A DNA stretch of 64,000 nucleotides from an uncultured Gemmatimonadales bacterium. GTDB taxonomy: Bacteria; Gemmatimonadota; Gemmatimonadetes; Longimicrobiales; RSA9. The stretch is taken from positions 288,001-352,000 of the forward strand of contig CAWFKH010000004.1 in assembly GCA_963816355.1 (NCBI GenBank). Direction: 5' to 3'. Of this stretch, positions 53,787-63,866 are shown piece after piece. Made by a program: the position numbers and the translations under genes. Positions within the stretch are counted from its first letter, which is position 1. Each line of letters opens with the position of its first letter. The notes under the pieces are model-generated. The model did not search any database and was not told the DNA's origin. It worked only from the letters and a program-made list of their open reading frames with translations.

Positions 53787-54842
53787 ATGGGCGCTGGCAG
53801 AGAGCCGAAGACGGTGGTGGTCACGGGCGCGTCGGCGGGAGTGGGCCGCGCTGCGGCCCGCGCGTTCGGCCGCCGCGGCGACCGCGTCGTGCTGATCGCG
53901 CGCGGCGAGGAAGGGTTGAACGGCGCGCGGGCGGAGATCGAGCGAGACGGCGGCGAGGCGCTGGTCGTCCCCACCGACGTCGCGGACGCAGACGCGGTCG
54001 AGCGGGCGGCCGCGGCCGCGGAATCGGCGTTCGGCCCGATCGACATATGGGTGAACGACGCGATGGTGACGGTGATGGCGCCGGTCCAGGAGACGACGCC
54101 CGCGGAGTACCGCCGCGTGACCGAGGTGACGTATCTCGGCTCCGTGCACGGCACGCTGGCGGCGCTGCGCCGGATGCAGCCGCGGGACTGCGGCTCGATC
54201 GTGCAGGTCAGCTCCGTGCTCGCGTACCGGGGCATCCCGCTGCAGTCGGCGTATTGCGCTGCGAAGCACGCGCTGCAGGGATTCTACGATTCGCTGTGGG
54301 CGGAGCTGCGGCACGACGGCTCCCACGTGCGCGTCACGCTGGTGAACCTGCCGGGCGTGAACACGCCTCAGTTCACGTGGGCGCGCACGAAGATGCCGAA
54401 CCAGCCGCAGCCGGTGCCGCCGATCTACCAGCCGGAGGTGGCGGCGGACGCCATCGTGTGGGCGTCGGAGCACGGGGACCGCCGCGAGATCACGGTGGGC
54501 GGCCGGGCCACGGCGATCCTGTGGGGAAACAAGTTCCTGCCGCGACTGGGCGACTGGTACCTGGGGAAGACCGGCTACGCCGGGCAGCAGACGGACCAGC
54601 CGCTCGAGGCGGACCGTCCAGACAACCTCTTCGAGCCAGTGCACGAGGATCGCGGCGCGCACGGTCCCTTCGATACCCGCGCACATGCCGGCAGCGTGCA
54701 GCTCCAGGTCAACAAGCGCCTGCCCTGGATCGTCGGCGCCGCGGCGCTCGCGGGAGCCGCGGCGCTCGCCGCCGCTTTCGGCGGCCGCGACGGCTCGCAC
54801 GGCGCCGGCGACGGCTCGCACGGGGCCGGCAAGGACCTCTGA
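53787..54842 (+). CDS. Short-chain dehydrogenase/reductase
   Basis: TGASAGVG, YCAAK, NTPQF, DNLFEP. Confidence 0.9.
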   Translation: MGAGREPKTVVVTGASAGVGRAAARAFGRRGDRVVLIARGEEGLNGARAEIERDGGEALVVPTDVADADAVERAAAAAESAFGPIDIWVNDAMVTVMAPVQETTPAEYRRVTEVTYLGSVHGTLAALRRMQPRDCGSIVQVSSVLAYRGIPLQSAYCAAKHALQGFYDSLWAELRHDGSHVRVTLVNLPGVNTPQFTWARTKMPNQPQPVPPIYQPEVAADAIVWASEHGDRREITVGGRATAILWGNKFLPRLGDWYLGKTGYAGQQTDQPLEADRPDNLFEPVHEDRGAHGPFDTRAHAGSVQLQVNKRLPWIVGAAALAGAAALAAAFGGRDGSHGAGDGSHGAGKDL

Positions 54843-54958
54843 GCCGCGGCGCCATCGCGTCGGCCTCTATGCCCTGGCGGGACGCGTGCTTACCTTGACC
54901 CCGTTACCGGTCCGGTCGGCGATCGGACCCAGGCGGGCGCACGGCCGGGAGGTGAAGA

Positions 54959-55942
54959 ATGGCGGACGCAACGACGCGGGTGGAGGAGCGGAGCACCCAC
55001 GGGCGAGGCCGCATCTACGACAGCATCGCGGACACGATCGGGGACACGCCGCTGGTGCGGGCTCCGCATCTCTCGGAGCGGCAGGGCGCGCGCGCGGACG
55101 TGCTGCTCAAGCTCGAGTTCTTCAACCCGCTGGGCAGCGTGAAGGACCGCATCGGCATCGCGATGATCTTGGCGATGGAGGCGGACGGCCGCATCGGTCC
55201 GGGCTCGACGATCGTCGAGCCCACCTCCGGCAACACCGGCATCGCGCTCGCCTTCGTGTGCGCCGCCAAGGGGTATCGCTGCATCCTCACAATGCCGGAG
55301 ACAATGTCGGTCGAGCGGCGGCGGCTCATGGCGCTGCTCGGCGCCGAAGTCGTGCTCACGCCGAAGGAGAAAGGGATCAACGGCGCGCTCGAGAAGGCGG
55401 AGGAGCTCGTCCGCGAGATCCCGAACGCGGCGCAGCCGATGCAGTTCTCCAACCCCGCCAACCCGGAGATCCACCGACGCACGACGGCGGAGGAGATCTG
55501 GGCGGACACCGGCGGCAACGTCGACGTGATCGTGTGCGGCGTCGGCACGGGCGGCACGCTCACCGGCTGCGGCGAGGTACTCAAGCCGCGGCGGCCGGAA
55601 CTCCGCATGGTCGCCGTCGAGCCGGAGACGAGCCCGGTCATCTCCGGCGGCGAGCCGGGGCCCGGCAACATGATCCAGGGGATCGGCGCCGGCTTCATCC
55701 CGGACAACCTCAACACCGCCCTCGTCGACGAGGTGATCGCGGTCAGCAACGACGACGCGTTCGCCATGGCGCGACAGGCGGCCCGCCTCGACGGCATCGC
55801 CTGCGGTATCTCGTCCGGCGCCGCGCTCGTGGCGGCGTACCGCATCGCGGCGCGCCCGGAGATGGACGCGAAGACGGTGGTCGTGGTGATCCCCTCCTTC
55901 GCGGAGCGCTACATCTCGACGCCGCTCTTCGAGAACCTGTGA
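54959..55942 (+). CDS. cysK: Cysteine synthase A
   Basis: NPLGSVKDRIG, EPTSGNTG, GVGTGGT, IQGIGAGF, ERYIST. Confidence 0.93.
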   Translation: MADATTRVEERSTHGRGRIYDSIADTIGDTPLVRAPHLSERQGARADVLLKLEFFNPLGSVKDRIGIAMILAMEADGRIGPGSTIVEPTSGNTGIALAFVCAAKGYRCILTMPETMSVERRRLMALLGAEVVLTPKEKGINGALEKAEELVREIPNAAQPMQFSNPANPEIHRRTTAEEIWADTGGNVDVIVCGVGTGGTLTGCGEVLKPRRPELRMVAVEPETSPVISGGEPGPGNMIQGIGAGFIPDNLNTALVDEVIAVSNDDAFAMARQAARLDGIACGISSGAALVAAYRIAARPEMDAKTVVVVIPSFAERYISTPLFENL

Positions 55943-56445
55943 GCGCGGACGCCGTGAGCGCGATCCAGGACCTCTATCCGGACGACTTCGCCCACTGCTA
56001 CGGGTGCGGCCGCCTGAACCCGCACGGCCTCCACATCCGCAGCGAGTGGACGGGTGAGGAGGCGATCGCACGGCTGCGGCCCGACGCGCATCACATCGCG
56101 CTCCCCGGCTTCGTGTACGGCGGCCTCCTCGCCTCGCTCGTCGACTGCCACTCGATCGGCACCGCCGCCGCGGCCGCCATGGCCGCTGCCGGGCGGACGC
56201 CCGGCGTGGATCCGTCGCCGCGCTTCGTCACCGCGTCGCTCCACGTCGACTTCCTGGCGCCGACGCCGGCGGGCGTCGAGCTCGTCGCCCGCGCCAGGGC
56301 GGTCGAGGTCGGCGCGCGCAAGGTGGTGGTGGAGGCGAGCGTGGCGGCGGGCGACGTCGTGTGTGTCCGCGGGCGCGTCGTCGCGGTCCCAATGCCGCCC
56401 TCGATGGCGCGCGCGGCGGGCCGCCACGAGGCGATACCGCACTGA
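55939..56445 (+). CDS. PaaI/hotdog-fold thioesterase
   Basis: HCYGCG..NPHGL, YGGLLASLVDCH, FVTASLHVDFL. GTGA overlap with cysK. Confidence 0.85.
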   Translation: MSADAVSAIQDLYPDDFAHCYGCGRLNPHGLHIRSEWTGEEAIARLRPDAHHIALPGFVYGGLLASLVDCHSIGTAAAAAMAAAGRTPGVDPSPRFVTASLHVDFLAPTPAGVELVARARAVEVGARKVVVEASVAAGDVVCVRGRVVAVPMPPSMARAAGRHEAIPH

Positions 56446-56828
56446 CTCTCGCGCGGTCCGGTCTGCCCCGGATCAGAGATGGCGGCCGGCGGGGGTGAGT
56501 TGACGGTCGACCTCACGCTCATGTCGGCCACGGCGACCGGCGGCTGAGGCACGGCGGGCACCACGGTCGCCGAGCGCGGGCGGACGCGTCGCGGAAAGCT
56601 CCCGACAGCGGCGTGGGGCCGCTCCCGATTGTCGCGGGGGTGCGGCGAAGCAACCGTGTAGGGGCGGAGTTCCGGACATCCGACGGCGAGGCGGCGCGCG
56701 CCCCGACCCGCGCTGCCGGTGGCCCTCGGAAGTGAATGCGCGCGCCGCCCCGACCGTCGAGGTGGGCGCGGGCGTCGAAACGACCAGCGGGACAGGTGCT
56801 CTTGAGAGCGATCGACACGCTCGGGGCC

Positions 56829-58163
56829 ATGGCGGCCCGGCGAAGAAGGGTCGGGCGAGGAGGACGGGCGCCGCGCCTGCGCGCCGTGTTCGGGGCCGCG
56901 TTCCTCCTCGGTGGCAGCGTGGCCGCGATGACGGCGGCGCCGTCCCGGGCGCACGCGCAGCAGGATGTCGTCGAGTGCCAGAAGTGCCACGCCAACCACG
57001 ATTTCCTGGTCGGCAAGGGGGGCACGTTGAAGGGAGATTCGGCGCTATTCGTGCCGGATTCCCTGCTGCGCGACTCACGCCACGCGAAGCTGAGCTGCAC
57101 CGATTGCCACCCGGCCTTCGCCGGTGGCTATCCGCACCGTGACACGGCGGTCGTCGCGGTGCCGTGCCAGAGCTGCCACGCCGCGGAGGGGGCGGGGTGG
57201 GCGCGCTCGATCCATGCGCCCAACGCCCTCACGGTGGGCGACGCTCCGACGTGCGTGAGGTGCCACGGCGCGCACCACGTGCTCTCCGCGAGCGATCCGC
57301 GCTCGCCCACCTACGCGCTCAACGTGGCGACACTGTGCGCCGGCTGCCACGACGATCCGCGCATCATCGGCACCTACTTCATGGCGCCAGGCGAGACGCA
57401 GGCGCGTACGGCGGTCAAGGAGTTCTACGAGACGGTGCACGGCACGGCGCTGACGAAGGCGGGGCTCGTGGTTTCGGCCACGTGCAACGACTGCCACGGC
57501 GCGCACGAGATCCTGCCGCCGGACTCCGCGGCGTCGACGATCAGCCGGGCGCATGTGGCGGAGACGTGCGGCAAGTGCCATTCGGGCGTGCTGGCGACGT
57601 TCGAGGGCTCCTCGCACGGGCAGGCGCTGAAGACGGGGAAGAAGACGACGACGGGCCACTCCGCGCCGGTCTGCATCGACTGCCACACGTCGCACCGCAT
57701 CGTGCGCGCGAACGATCCCGTGTGGTTCCGCGGCGTGGTGGAGGAGTGCGGCTCCTGCCACGAGCACCTCTACGAGACCTACTTCGAGACGTACCACGGG
57801 CAGGTGACCGAGCTGGGCTACGGCCTGACCGCCAAGTGCAGCGACTGCCACACGGCGCACGCGATGCTGCCGCCGACCGATCCGCGCTCGTCGGTGAACC
57901 CGGCGAACCTGGAGGCGACGTGCCGCACGTGCCATCCGAAGGCGAACGCCAACTTCGTCAAGTACCTGCCGCACGGGGACCCGCAGAACCGCAGCGCCTA
58001 TCCACGCCTCTTCTGGGTCTGGCTCTTCATGACGGCGCTGCTGGTGGGCGTATTCGGCTTCTTCGGTTCGCACACCGTGTTGTGGCTGTTCCGGCTGGCG
58101 CGCGACCGGTTGCGGGGGCGCCATGCGGCGGACGCGGGACCGGCGACTACGGAGGAGACATGA
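56829..58163 (+). CDS. Multiheme cytochrome c (11 CxxCH), C-terminal membrane anchor; CbcL-like heme module
   Basis: Signal peptide ending AHA|Q, 11 CxxCH counted, C-terminal TM (WLFMTALLVGVFGFFGSHTVLW). Confidence 0.9.
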   Translation: MAARRRRVGRGGRAPRLRAVFGAAFLLGGSVAAMTAAPSRAHAQQDVVECQKCHANHDFLVGKGGTLKGDSALFVPDSLLRDSRHAKLSCTDCHPAFAGGYPHRDTAVVAVPCQSCHAAEGAGWARSIHAPNALTVGDAPTCVRCHGAHHVLSASDPRSPTYALNVATLCAGCHDDPRIIGTYFMAPGETQARTAVKEFYETVHGTALTKAGLVVSATCNDCHGAHEILPPDSAASTISRAHVAETCGKCHSGVLATFEGSSHGQALKTGKKTTTGHSAPVCIDCHTSHRIVRANDPVWFRGVVEECGSCHEHLYETYFETYHGQVTELGYGLTAKCSDCHTAHAMLPPTDPRSSVNPANLEATCRTCHPKANANFVKYLPHGDPQNRSAYPRLFWVWLFMTALLVGVFGFFGSHTVLWLFRLARDRLRGRHAADAGPATTEET

Positions 58164-59101
58164 GCAGCGAGGCGGGCGACGGGCGGGCAGCCGCCGAGGA
58201 GGACGCCGTGGCGGCGAGCGGCGGCGCGCCGGCGCAGCCGTCGAGGCGGGCGAGCGACAGGCCGCTCTCGGTGTCGGACCAGGGGAGCGGGCCCTACATC
58301 CGCCGCTTCGGGCCGATCGAGCGCACGACGCACGCGCTCGTGATGATCTCCTTCTTCGGGCTGGTGATCACGGGCGTGCCGCTGCGCTTCTCGTACGCCC
58401 CATGGGCGCGTCCGCTGATGGCGTTCCTGGGGGGGCCGCACGCGGCCGGGCTGCTGCACCGCGTGTGCGCCGCGATCACGTTCGCCTACTTCGGCCTGCA
58501 CCTGGGGACGATCGCGTATCGATTCGCGCGCAGCGACGATCGCAAGTCGTTCTTCTGGGGACCCCGCTCAATGGTGCCGCAGCCGAAGGACATCCGCGAC
58601 GTGGCCGGCATGTTCCGCTGGTTCCTCGGCCGCGGCGAGCGACCGTCCTTCGACCGCTACAGCTACATGGAGAAGTTCGACTACTGGGCGGTGTTCTGGG
58701 GCGTCGGGATCATCGGCGGCTCGGGACTGCTGCTCTGGTTCCCGACCTTCTTCGCCCGCTTCATGCCCGGGTGGTTCTTCAACATCGCGGCCATCGTGCA
58801 CGGCGACGAGGCGCTGCTGGCGCTGGGCTTCATCTTCACGATCCACTTCTTCAACGTGCACCTGCGTCCGGAGAAGTTTCCGATCGACCTGGTGATCTTC
58901 ACCGGCCGCGCGCGGGCCGAGTACTTCGAGGAAGAGCACCCGATCGAGTACGAGCGCAATAGCGAGAGGGGCCTCCTCGAGGGCCTGCGCGTCGCACCTC
59001 CTTCGCGCGCCACCTACCTCTGGTCGATGGTGCTGGGCTTCGCGGGGCTCGCCCTCGGACTGGCCCTCGTCGCCCTCGTGCTCTATGCCGTTCTGAGGTG
59101 A
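58160..59101 (+). CDS. Di-heme cytochrome b (FdnI/HydC-like; CbcL-like membrane module)
   Basis: TM His ligands; RYSYMEKFDYWAVFWG, HGDEALLA, HFFNVHLRPEKFP. ATGA overlap with the upstream cytochrome. Confidence 0.88.
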   Translation: MSSEAGDGRAAAEEDAVAASGGAPAQPSRRASDRPLSVSDQGSGPYIRRFGPIERTTHALVMISFFGLVITGVPLRFSYAPWARPLMAFLGGPHAAGLLHRVCAAITFAYFGLHLGTIAYRFARSDDRKSFFWGPRSMVPQPKDIRDVAGMFRWFLGRGERPSFDRYSYMEKFDYWAVFWGVGIIGGSGLLLWFPTFFARFMPGWFFNIAAIVHGDEALLALGFIFTIHFFNVHLRPEKFPIDLVIFTGRARAEYFEEEHPIEYERNSERGLLEGLRVAPPSRATYLWSMVLGFAGLALGLALVALVLYAVLR

Positions 59102-59102
59102 T

Positions 59103-60503
59103 ATGACGACGACGGTGCGACGCCGACTCGCCGGCGGCATTCGCGCCACCCTTCTCGCCGCCGCCGCCGTCGTGGCGGGGGCGGCGAGCCCGGCCACGCG
59201 GACGAGCCCGGCCGCGGCCGAGCCCCCCACGACGGCGGCGCCCCTGGAGTGCACCGCCTGTCACCCGAAGGTGCACGAAGCACGGCTCGGTACCGGTCCC
59301 GAGTGGTCGCGCGCCTGCACGGGGTGCCATGAGCACGTGCACGCCGAGATCCGCACGCTCTACGCCGGCTCCACCGCGGCCCCGGCCGTGGCGCCGGACC
59401 CCATGTCCGTCGCGCGCGTCGGCTGCCGCGGCTGCCACACCGACGAGGCGCTGAACGCCCGCGGCGAGGCCGCGCGCGTCGCGGCGCTCCAGCGCGCGTG
59501 CACCGCGTGTCACGGCGAGCGCTACGCGTTCATGCTCCCGCAGTGGCGGGCCGCGGCGGCGCGCCGGACGCACGCGGTGCAGACGTACGTGGCGAGCGCG
59601 AATGCGGACACGCGGCTGCGGCGGCCCCCGGAGGCGGTGGCGGCGCTGCGCGCCGCGACCGAGCGGCTCTCGCTCGTGCTCCGCGGCGACGGCCTGCACA
59701 ATCCGGCCGGAGCGGACGCCCTGCTGCGGTCGGCGCTCGACGGGGCGGCGGCGGCGTACCGCGCCGCCGGCGTGGCGCCGCCTTCACGACCCGCCCTGGG
59801 GCCGGACCCCGCCACGAATGCGTGCGCCACGTGCCACTATGGCGTGGAGACGGTGCTGGCGACCCTCGGTGGCAAGCGGTTCAGCCATGCGGACCACGTG
59901 GTCGATGGCGACGTCGCGTGCACGACGTGCCACTCCGATGCGACGTACTTCCGCGCCGGCGGTCGCAGCCTCGACCCGCGCCACGGGAGGACGAGCGTGG
60001 GTACGGCCGACTGCTCGAGCTGCCACCACCGGACCTCCGGACTCGCGTGCACGGCGTGCCACGCGCCGGCGGAGCTCCCCGCGCGCGCCGCCGCGGTGAC
60101 GATGCCGCTGCGGCTGCGGCCGGCGGGCGCGCCGGCGACGCGCGAGGTCGCGTTCCGCCACGCCGTACACGCCGCGGTCGCCTGCGAGCGCTGCCACACG
60201 TCGCCGCGGACGCCGCGGGCCACCGCCGCGTGCTCGACGTGCCACGAGGCGCATCACCGCGACGCGACCGCGTGCGCGACGTGCCATGGCACGAACGTCA
60301 AGGCCGCCCACGAGGCGAAGGACCACCTCGCCTGCACGCAGTGCCACGCGAGAGAGACGGTGGCGCTGCTCACCATGGACCGCCCCTTCTGCCTCACCTG
60401 CCACACCGACCGCGCCGACCACCAGCCGGGCCGCGAGTGCGCGCCGTGCCATATGCAGCTCACCCCCGCGCAGCTGCGCGAGAAGATCCTCGGCGAACGC
60501 TAG
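59103..60503 (+). CDS. Exported multiheme cytochrome c (14 CxxCH)
   Basis: Signal peptide, 14 CxxCH counted, no C-terminal TM. Confidence 0.9.
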   Translation: MTTTVRRRLAGGIRATLLAAAAVVAGAASPATRTSPAAAEPPTTAAPLECTACHPKVHEARLGTGPEWSRACTGCHEHVHAEIRTLYAGSTAAPAVAPDPMSVARVGCRGCHTDEALNARGEAARVAALQRACTACHGERYAFMLPQWRAAAARRTHAVQTYVASANADTRLRRPPEAVAALRAATERLSLVLRGDGLHNPAGADALLRSALDGAAAAYRAAGVAPPSRPALGPDPATNACATCHYGVETVLATLGGKRFSHADHVVDGDVACTTCHSDATYFRAGGRSLDPRHGRTSVGTADCSSCHHRTSGLACTACHAPAELPARAAAVTMPLRLRPAGAPATREVAFRHAVHAAVACERCHTSPRTPRATAACSTCHEAHHRDATACATCHGTNVKAAHEAKDHLACTQCHARETVALLTMDRPFCLTCHTDRADHQPGRECAPCHMQLTPAQLREKILGER

Positions 60504-60527
60504 CGGGTCAGGCGACGGTCCCTGCGC

Positions 60528-62537
60528 CTACGGCCGCGCCGCGCCCCCGGGTACGGCGGCGCGGGCACGGCCCATCGCGGGCACCTTGTGGCAGACGTCG
60601 CACTGCCGCTCCGGGTGGTGGTCCGTCTGGGCGGCGTGGCAGGCGGTGCACACCTGGCGTGTCCAGTGGTCGATCGCCGGCACCGAGCGGTGGCACTGCA
60701 CGCACGCCACGTGGTTCTCCCGCTTGTGAGCGGCGAGGGCACCGCCACGGTGACACGCGAGACACGACGTCTGCGGCTCGTGGTGCTGGGCGTGGCAGCC
60801 GTCGCAATCGAGGCCCCGCGCGCTCATGCCGGGCGCCACGTGGCAGGTGGAGCACTGCACGTTGGCCGCGAGGTGAGGCTGGTGGGTGAAGTCGCCGCGC
60901 GGCAGCGTGTACGTGGAGGTCGGCGCGCCGCCGGGGCCGGCGTGACAGCGCGCGCAGTTGAGCGGCTGCACGGGCGGATGGTGGCAGCCGTCGCACGCCG
61001 CGGCCGATTTCAGCGTGATGCCGCCGTGATTCTCGAACGGCGTGTGGCACTGGCTGCACTGCAGGCCGCCGCCGAGCACGTGGGCGGTGTGGTCGAACCT
61101 GCGGCCCTGGAAATTCCCCTGCTGCCGCTCGACGCCGAGGTGGCACTGCAGGCACGCGTTCTCCGTGACCGGCGGCCCCAGGTCCACCTTCGGCACCGTG
61201 TAGGGCAGGCGGCCCTGCCGCACCGCATCGCGCACCAGATCCAGCGACGCGCGCAGGAGCTGGTCCGCATAGACCACGTTGTGCGCCCCCTTGCCCACGC
61301 GTACGAACTCGACGTTCTCCGCGGCGAGCCGCAGCAACGTGTCGGCCGCCGCCCGCCGCGCGAGCGGCACGGTGGCGGCCGCGGCCTGCGCGGCCCGCAC
61401 GACCGGGCGCACCGCGCTCACCTTGCTCTCCATTCCCGCCACCCAGCCAGGCAGCACGTTCGCGTAGCGGATGCCGTGGCAGGACAGGCAGGACGCCTCG
61501 CCGGCGACCTTGACGGTGTCGTGGCCGGCGAGTCTGGCCGGCTCGTTGTGACACGCGACGCAGGAGACGCGCGCGAGGTACATCGAGCTCGGCATGCGCT
61601 CGACGCCGTGGCCGCCGACGCCGGCGAAGAGCCGCTGCTGGTCCTTGTGGACCTGCTGGTGGCAGCTCTTGCAGTCGAGCTCGATGTTGGTGGCGAGGGA
61701 GACGATGCGGTGCTCGATCGGCGTGTGGCACTGAACGCAGGCGAGGTTGTGCTGCGTGACGTGGACCGCGTGGAGCATCGTCGGCTCGTTGAAGCGCGCG
61801 AGCCGCTCGGGCTCGTTGTGGCAGCTCACGCAGCGTGCCTGGTCTGCGCTGCCGTCGCCGTGCGTCACCTCGCTGTGGCAGGAGAGGCAGTCAATGCGGT
61901 CCTTGACGTACTGCGGATGGTCGATGACGAAGCCTTCTTGCGACGTGACGCGGGGCGGCGAGGGGTGGCAGCCGGTGCAGCCGGCGATGGGCTGACCGGC
62001 CGAACGGCCCTTGAAGTGGCAGAGGAAGCAGGTCCCTTCCGTGACGGCGATGTGCGTGCCCTGCACGATCTGCGAGTGGCAGCTCGTACAGTGGAGCTGC
62101 ATCCCGCGGCGCACCTCTCCCAGGTGCTGCGTGTGGTCGAAATGCACGCCGTGGAAGTCGACGCCGCCCTCGATCAGACGGCTCGAGTGACAGCCGGAGC
62201 GGAGGCACGCCGCGTCCTCGATCTCGGCCCACGGGCGCGTCCCGTACGCACCGGTGAAGTACTTCACCACCATGTTGGCCGCCTGGATCTTCGTCATCGC
62301 TTCCGCTTTGACGCCGGGAGCGATGTGGCACTTGATGCAGGCGACCTCACGGTGGCTCGACTTCGTCCAGGACTCGTAGTACGGCTGCATGATGTGGCAC
62401 GTGTCGCAGAACCACGGCTGGCTCGACACCTGGACGAAGCCGACGGTGCCGACGGCAGCGACGATGATGCCGAGGATCGTGACCGGGACGAGGATCCGGC
62501 CGATGCGGGAGAGGCGACGGCGTACGACGGGTGACAT
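60528..62537 (-). CDS. NapC/NirT-like anchored multiheme cytochrome c (21 CxxCH + 1 CX4CH)
   Basis: N-terminal TM then SSQPWFCDTCHIMQPYYESW..SSH..VACIKCH (NapC/NirT-like); atypical CLRSGCH. Confidence 0.9.
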   Translation of the reverse strand: MSPVVRRRLSRIGRILVPVTILGIIVAAVGTVGFVQVSSQPWFCDTCHIMQPYYESWTKSSHREVACIKCHIAPGVKAEAMTKIQAANMVVKYFTGAYGTRPWAEIEDAACLRSGCHSSRLIEGGVDFHGVHFDHTQHLGEVRRGMQLHCTSCHSQIVQGTHIAVTEGTCFLCHFKGRSAGQPIAGCTGCHPSPPRVTSQEGFVIDHPQYVKDRIDCLSCHSEVTHGDGSADQARCVSCHNEPERLARFNEPTMLHAVHVTQHNLACVQCHTPIEHRIVSLATNIELDCKSCHQQVHKDQQRLFAGVGGHGVERMPSSMYLARVSCVACHNEPARLAGHDTVKVAGEASCLSCHGIRYANVLPGWVAGMESKVSAVRPVVRAAQAAAATVPLARRAAADTLLRLAAENVEFVRVGKGAHNVVYADQLLRASLDLVRDAVRQGRLPYTVPKVDLGPPVTENACLQCHLGVERQQGNFQGRRFDHTAHVLGGGLQCSQCHTPFENHGGITLKSAAACDGCHHPPVQPLNCARCHAGPGGAPTSTYTLPRGDFTHQPHLAANVQCSTCHVAPGMSARGLDCDGCHAQHHEPQTSCLACHRGGALAAHKRENHVACVQCHRSVPAIDHWTRQVCTACHAAQTDHHPERQCDVCHKVPAMGRARAAVPGGAARP

Positions 62538-62540
62538 CGG

Positions 62541-63866
62541 CTATTCCTCCCGCACCTCCCGGCCCGGCCCGGCGCGCCGTAGGCTGCGCAGCGCGAGCCA
62601 GGCGAGGGCGACGGCGGAGAGCGAGAGGAACCACACGGGAAGCAGCAGCAGCTTGTGCTCCCAGCGGTGCTCGGAGGAGGTCTCGGCGGCGGAGCCGAGG
62701 TCGACCGACACCGAACGCACGTGGCGCCCGAGATCCTCGAGCCGGTCGAGGTCGAGACTGTGTTGGACCTGCTCCATCTGCAGGTAGTAGGTGAGCGCCG
62801 ACTGATAGCGGAAGCGATAGTAGCCGACGCGCTCGCCCGCCACCGAGAGCTGGCCGATCGCCCGCTCCGCCGAGCCCATGTCCGCGGCGGCCTGCGCCAC
62901 CGTCCGCTGCAGGTCGACCGCCGTCTGGTGGATCCGCGTGTCCGCGGCATGGCACCCGTCGCAGACCGCGACGATGCTGTCCGCCGCCACCCGCTCTGTC
63001 CGGTGGTTGCTGTGGCACGCGGTGCAGCCCGGCAGCTTGCCCGCGCGCGCCGCGGCGCCGTGCGGCCCGCGCGAGAACTCCTGATCGACCAGCGCGTGAC
63101 ACTGGCCGCACACGCTCGCGATCTCCGTCACCTTCGGCGGCAGCGCGGAGTGGGCGCCGTGGCAGGAGATGCACGTGGGCGCGGCGAAGTTCTGCTGCTG
63201 GAAGAGCGCCACGCCGTGGGCGCTGCTGCGGAACTCCTCGAGCTGGTCCGTGCGCAGGTGGTACTTCGCCATCAGCGCGTCGTCGGAGTGGCAGCGCGCG
63301 CACGTCCGCGGGATGTTCGTCGGGTAGACGCGGCTGCGCGCGTCGTAGGGCGGGTAGATGATGTGCGTGCCGTGGCAGTCGGTGCACGTCGGTGCGTTCG
63401 TGTCGCTGCGGCCGAAGAGCAGCTGGCCGTGCCGGCTGGTGCGGAACTCCGCGAGCTGGCCCGTGGGCAGGCCGTACTCCCGCATGCGGTTCGGATCGGA
63501 GTGGCACGAGCCGCACAGCCGCGCGGTCGCCGCCTTGTCCGGCGCGCCGATGTAGTTGCGCGTGTGCGCGGCCGGCAGCGTGCGCACCGACGCGTCGCCG
63601 CCATGGCAGTCGACGCAACGTACGCCGTTCTCCGAATGCACACCGGTGATCGCCGCCTGCCGCTGCTCCGCGTGACACGCCAGACAGCCGTTCGCCGTAT
63701 CCGACGCCGCCGCCGCGAGCGGCGCGGGCAACGCCTGCGTCGGCGCCAGCGAAGCGCCGGCCGCTGCGGCCGGCACCGGTGCCGAGGCCGCGAACAGCGC
63801 CAGTGCCGCGAGCAGCCACCCGGCGGAACGGCCGCCGGGACGCGGTGCGGCGATCACGCGCCTCAT
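62541..63866 (-). CDS. Multiheme cytochrome c (9 CxxCH), C-terminal membrane anchor
   Basis: Signal peptide, 9 CxxCH, helical stalk, C-terminal TM. Confidence 0.9.
   Translation of the reverse strand: MRRVIAAPRPGGRSAGWLLAALALFAASAPVPAAAAGASLAPTQALPAPLAAAASDTANGCLACHAEQRQAAITGVHSENGVRCVDCHGGDASVRTLPAAHTRNYIGAPDKAATARLCGSCHSDPNRMREYGLPTGQLAEFRTSRHGQLLFGRSDTNAPTCTDCHGTHIIYPPYDARSRVYPTNIPRTCARCHSDDALMAKYHLRTDQLEEFRSSAHGVALFQQQNFAAPTCISCHGAHSALPPKVTEIASVCGQCHALVDQEFSRGPHGAAARAGKLPGCTACHSNHRTERVAADSIVAVCDGCHAADTRIHQTAVDLQRTVAQAAADMGSAERAIGQLSVAGERVGYYRFRYQSALTYYLQMEQVQHSLDLDRLEDLGRHVRSVSVDLGSAAETSSEHRWEHKLLLLPVWFLSLSAVALAWLALRSLRRAGPGREVREE

Noticed and set aside
54789..54830. 21-bp tandem duplication at the SDR 3' end (and the 24-bp duplication in the pilQ linker near 2618-2664)
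   Set aside because: These are ordinary slippage events in low-complexity tails or linkers.
56445..56828. Intergenic region upstream of the cytochrome operon as an ncRNA or riboswitch
   Set aside because: Only generic GC-rich pairing is visible, and I recognise no family motif.
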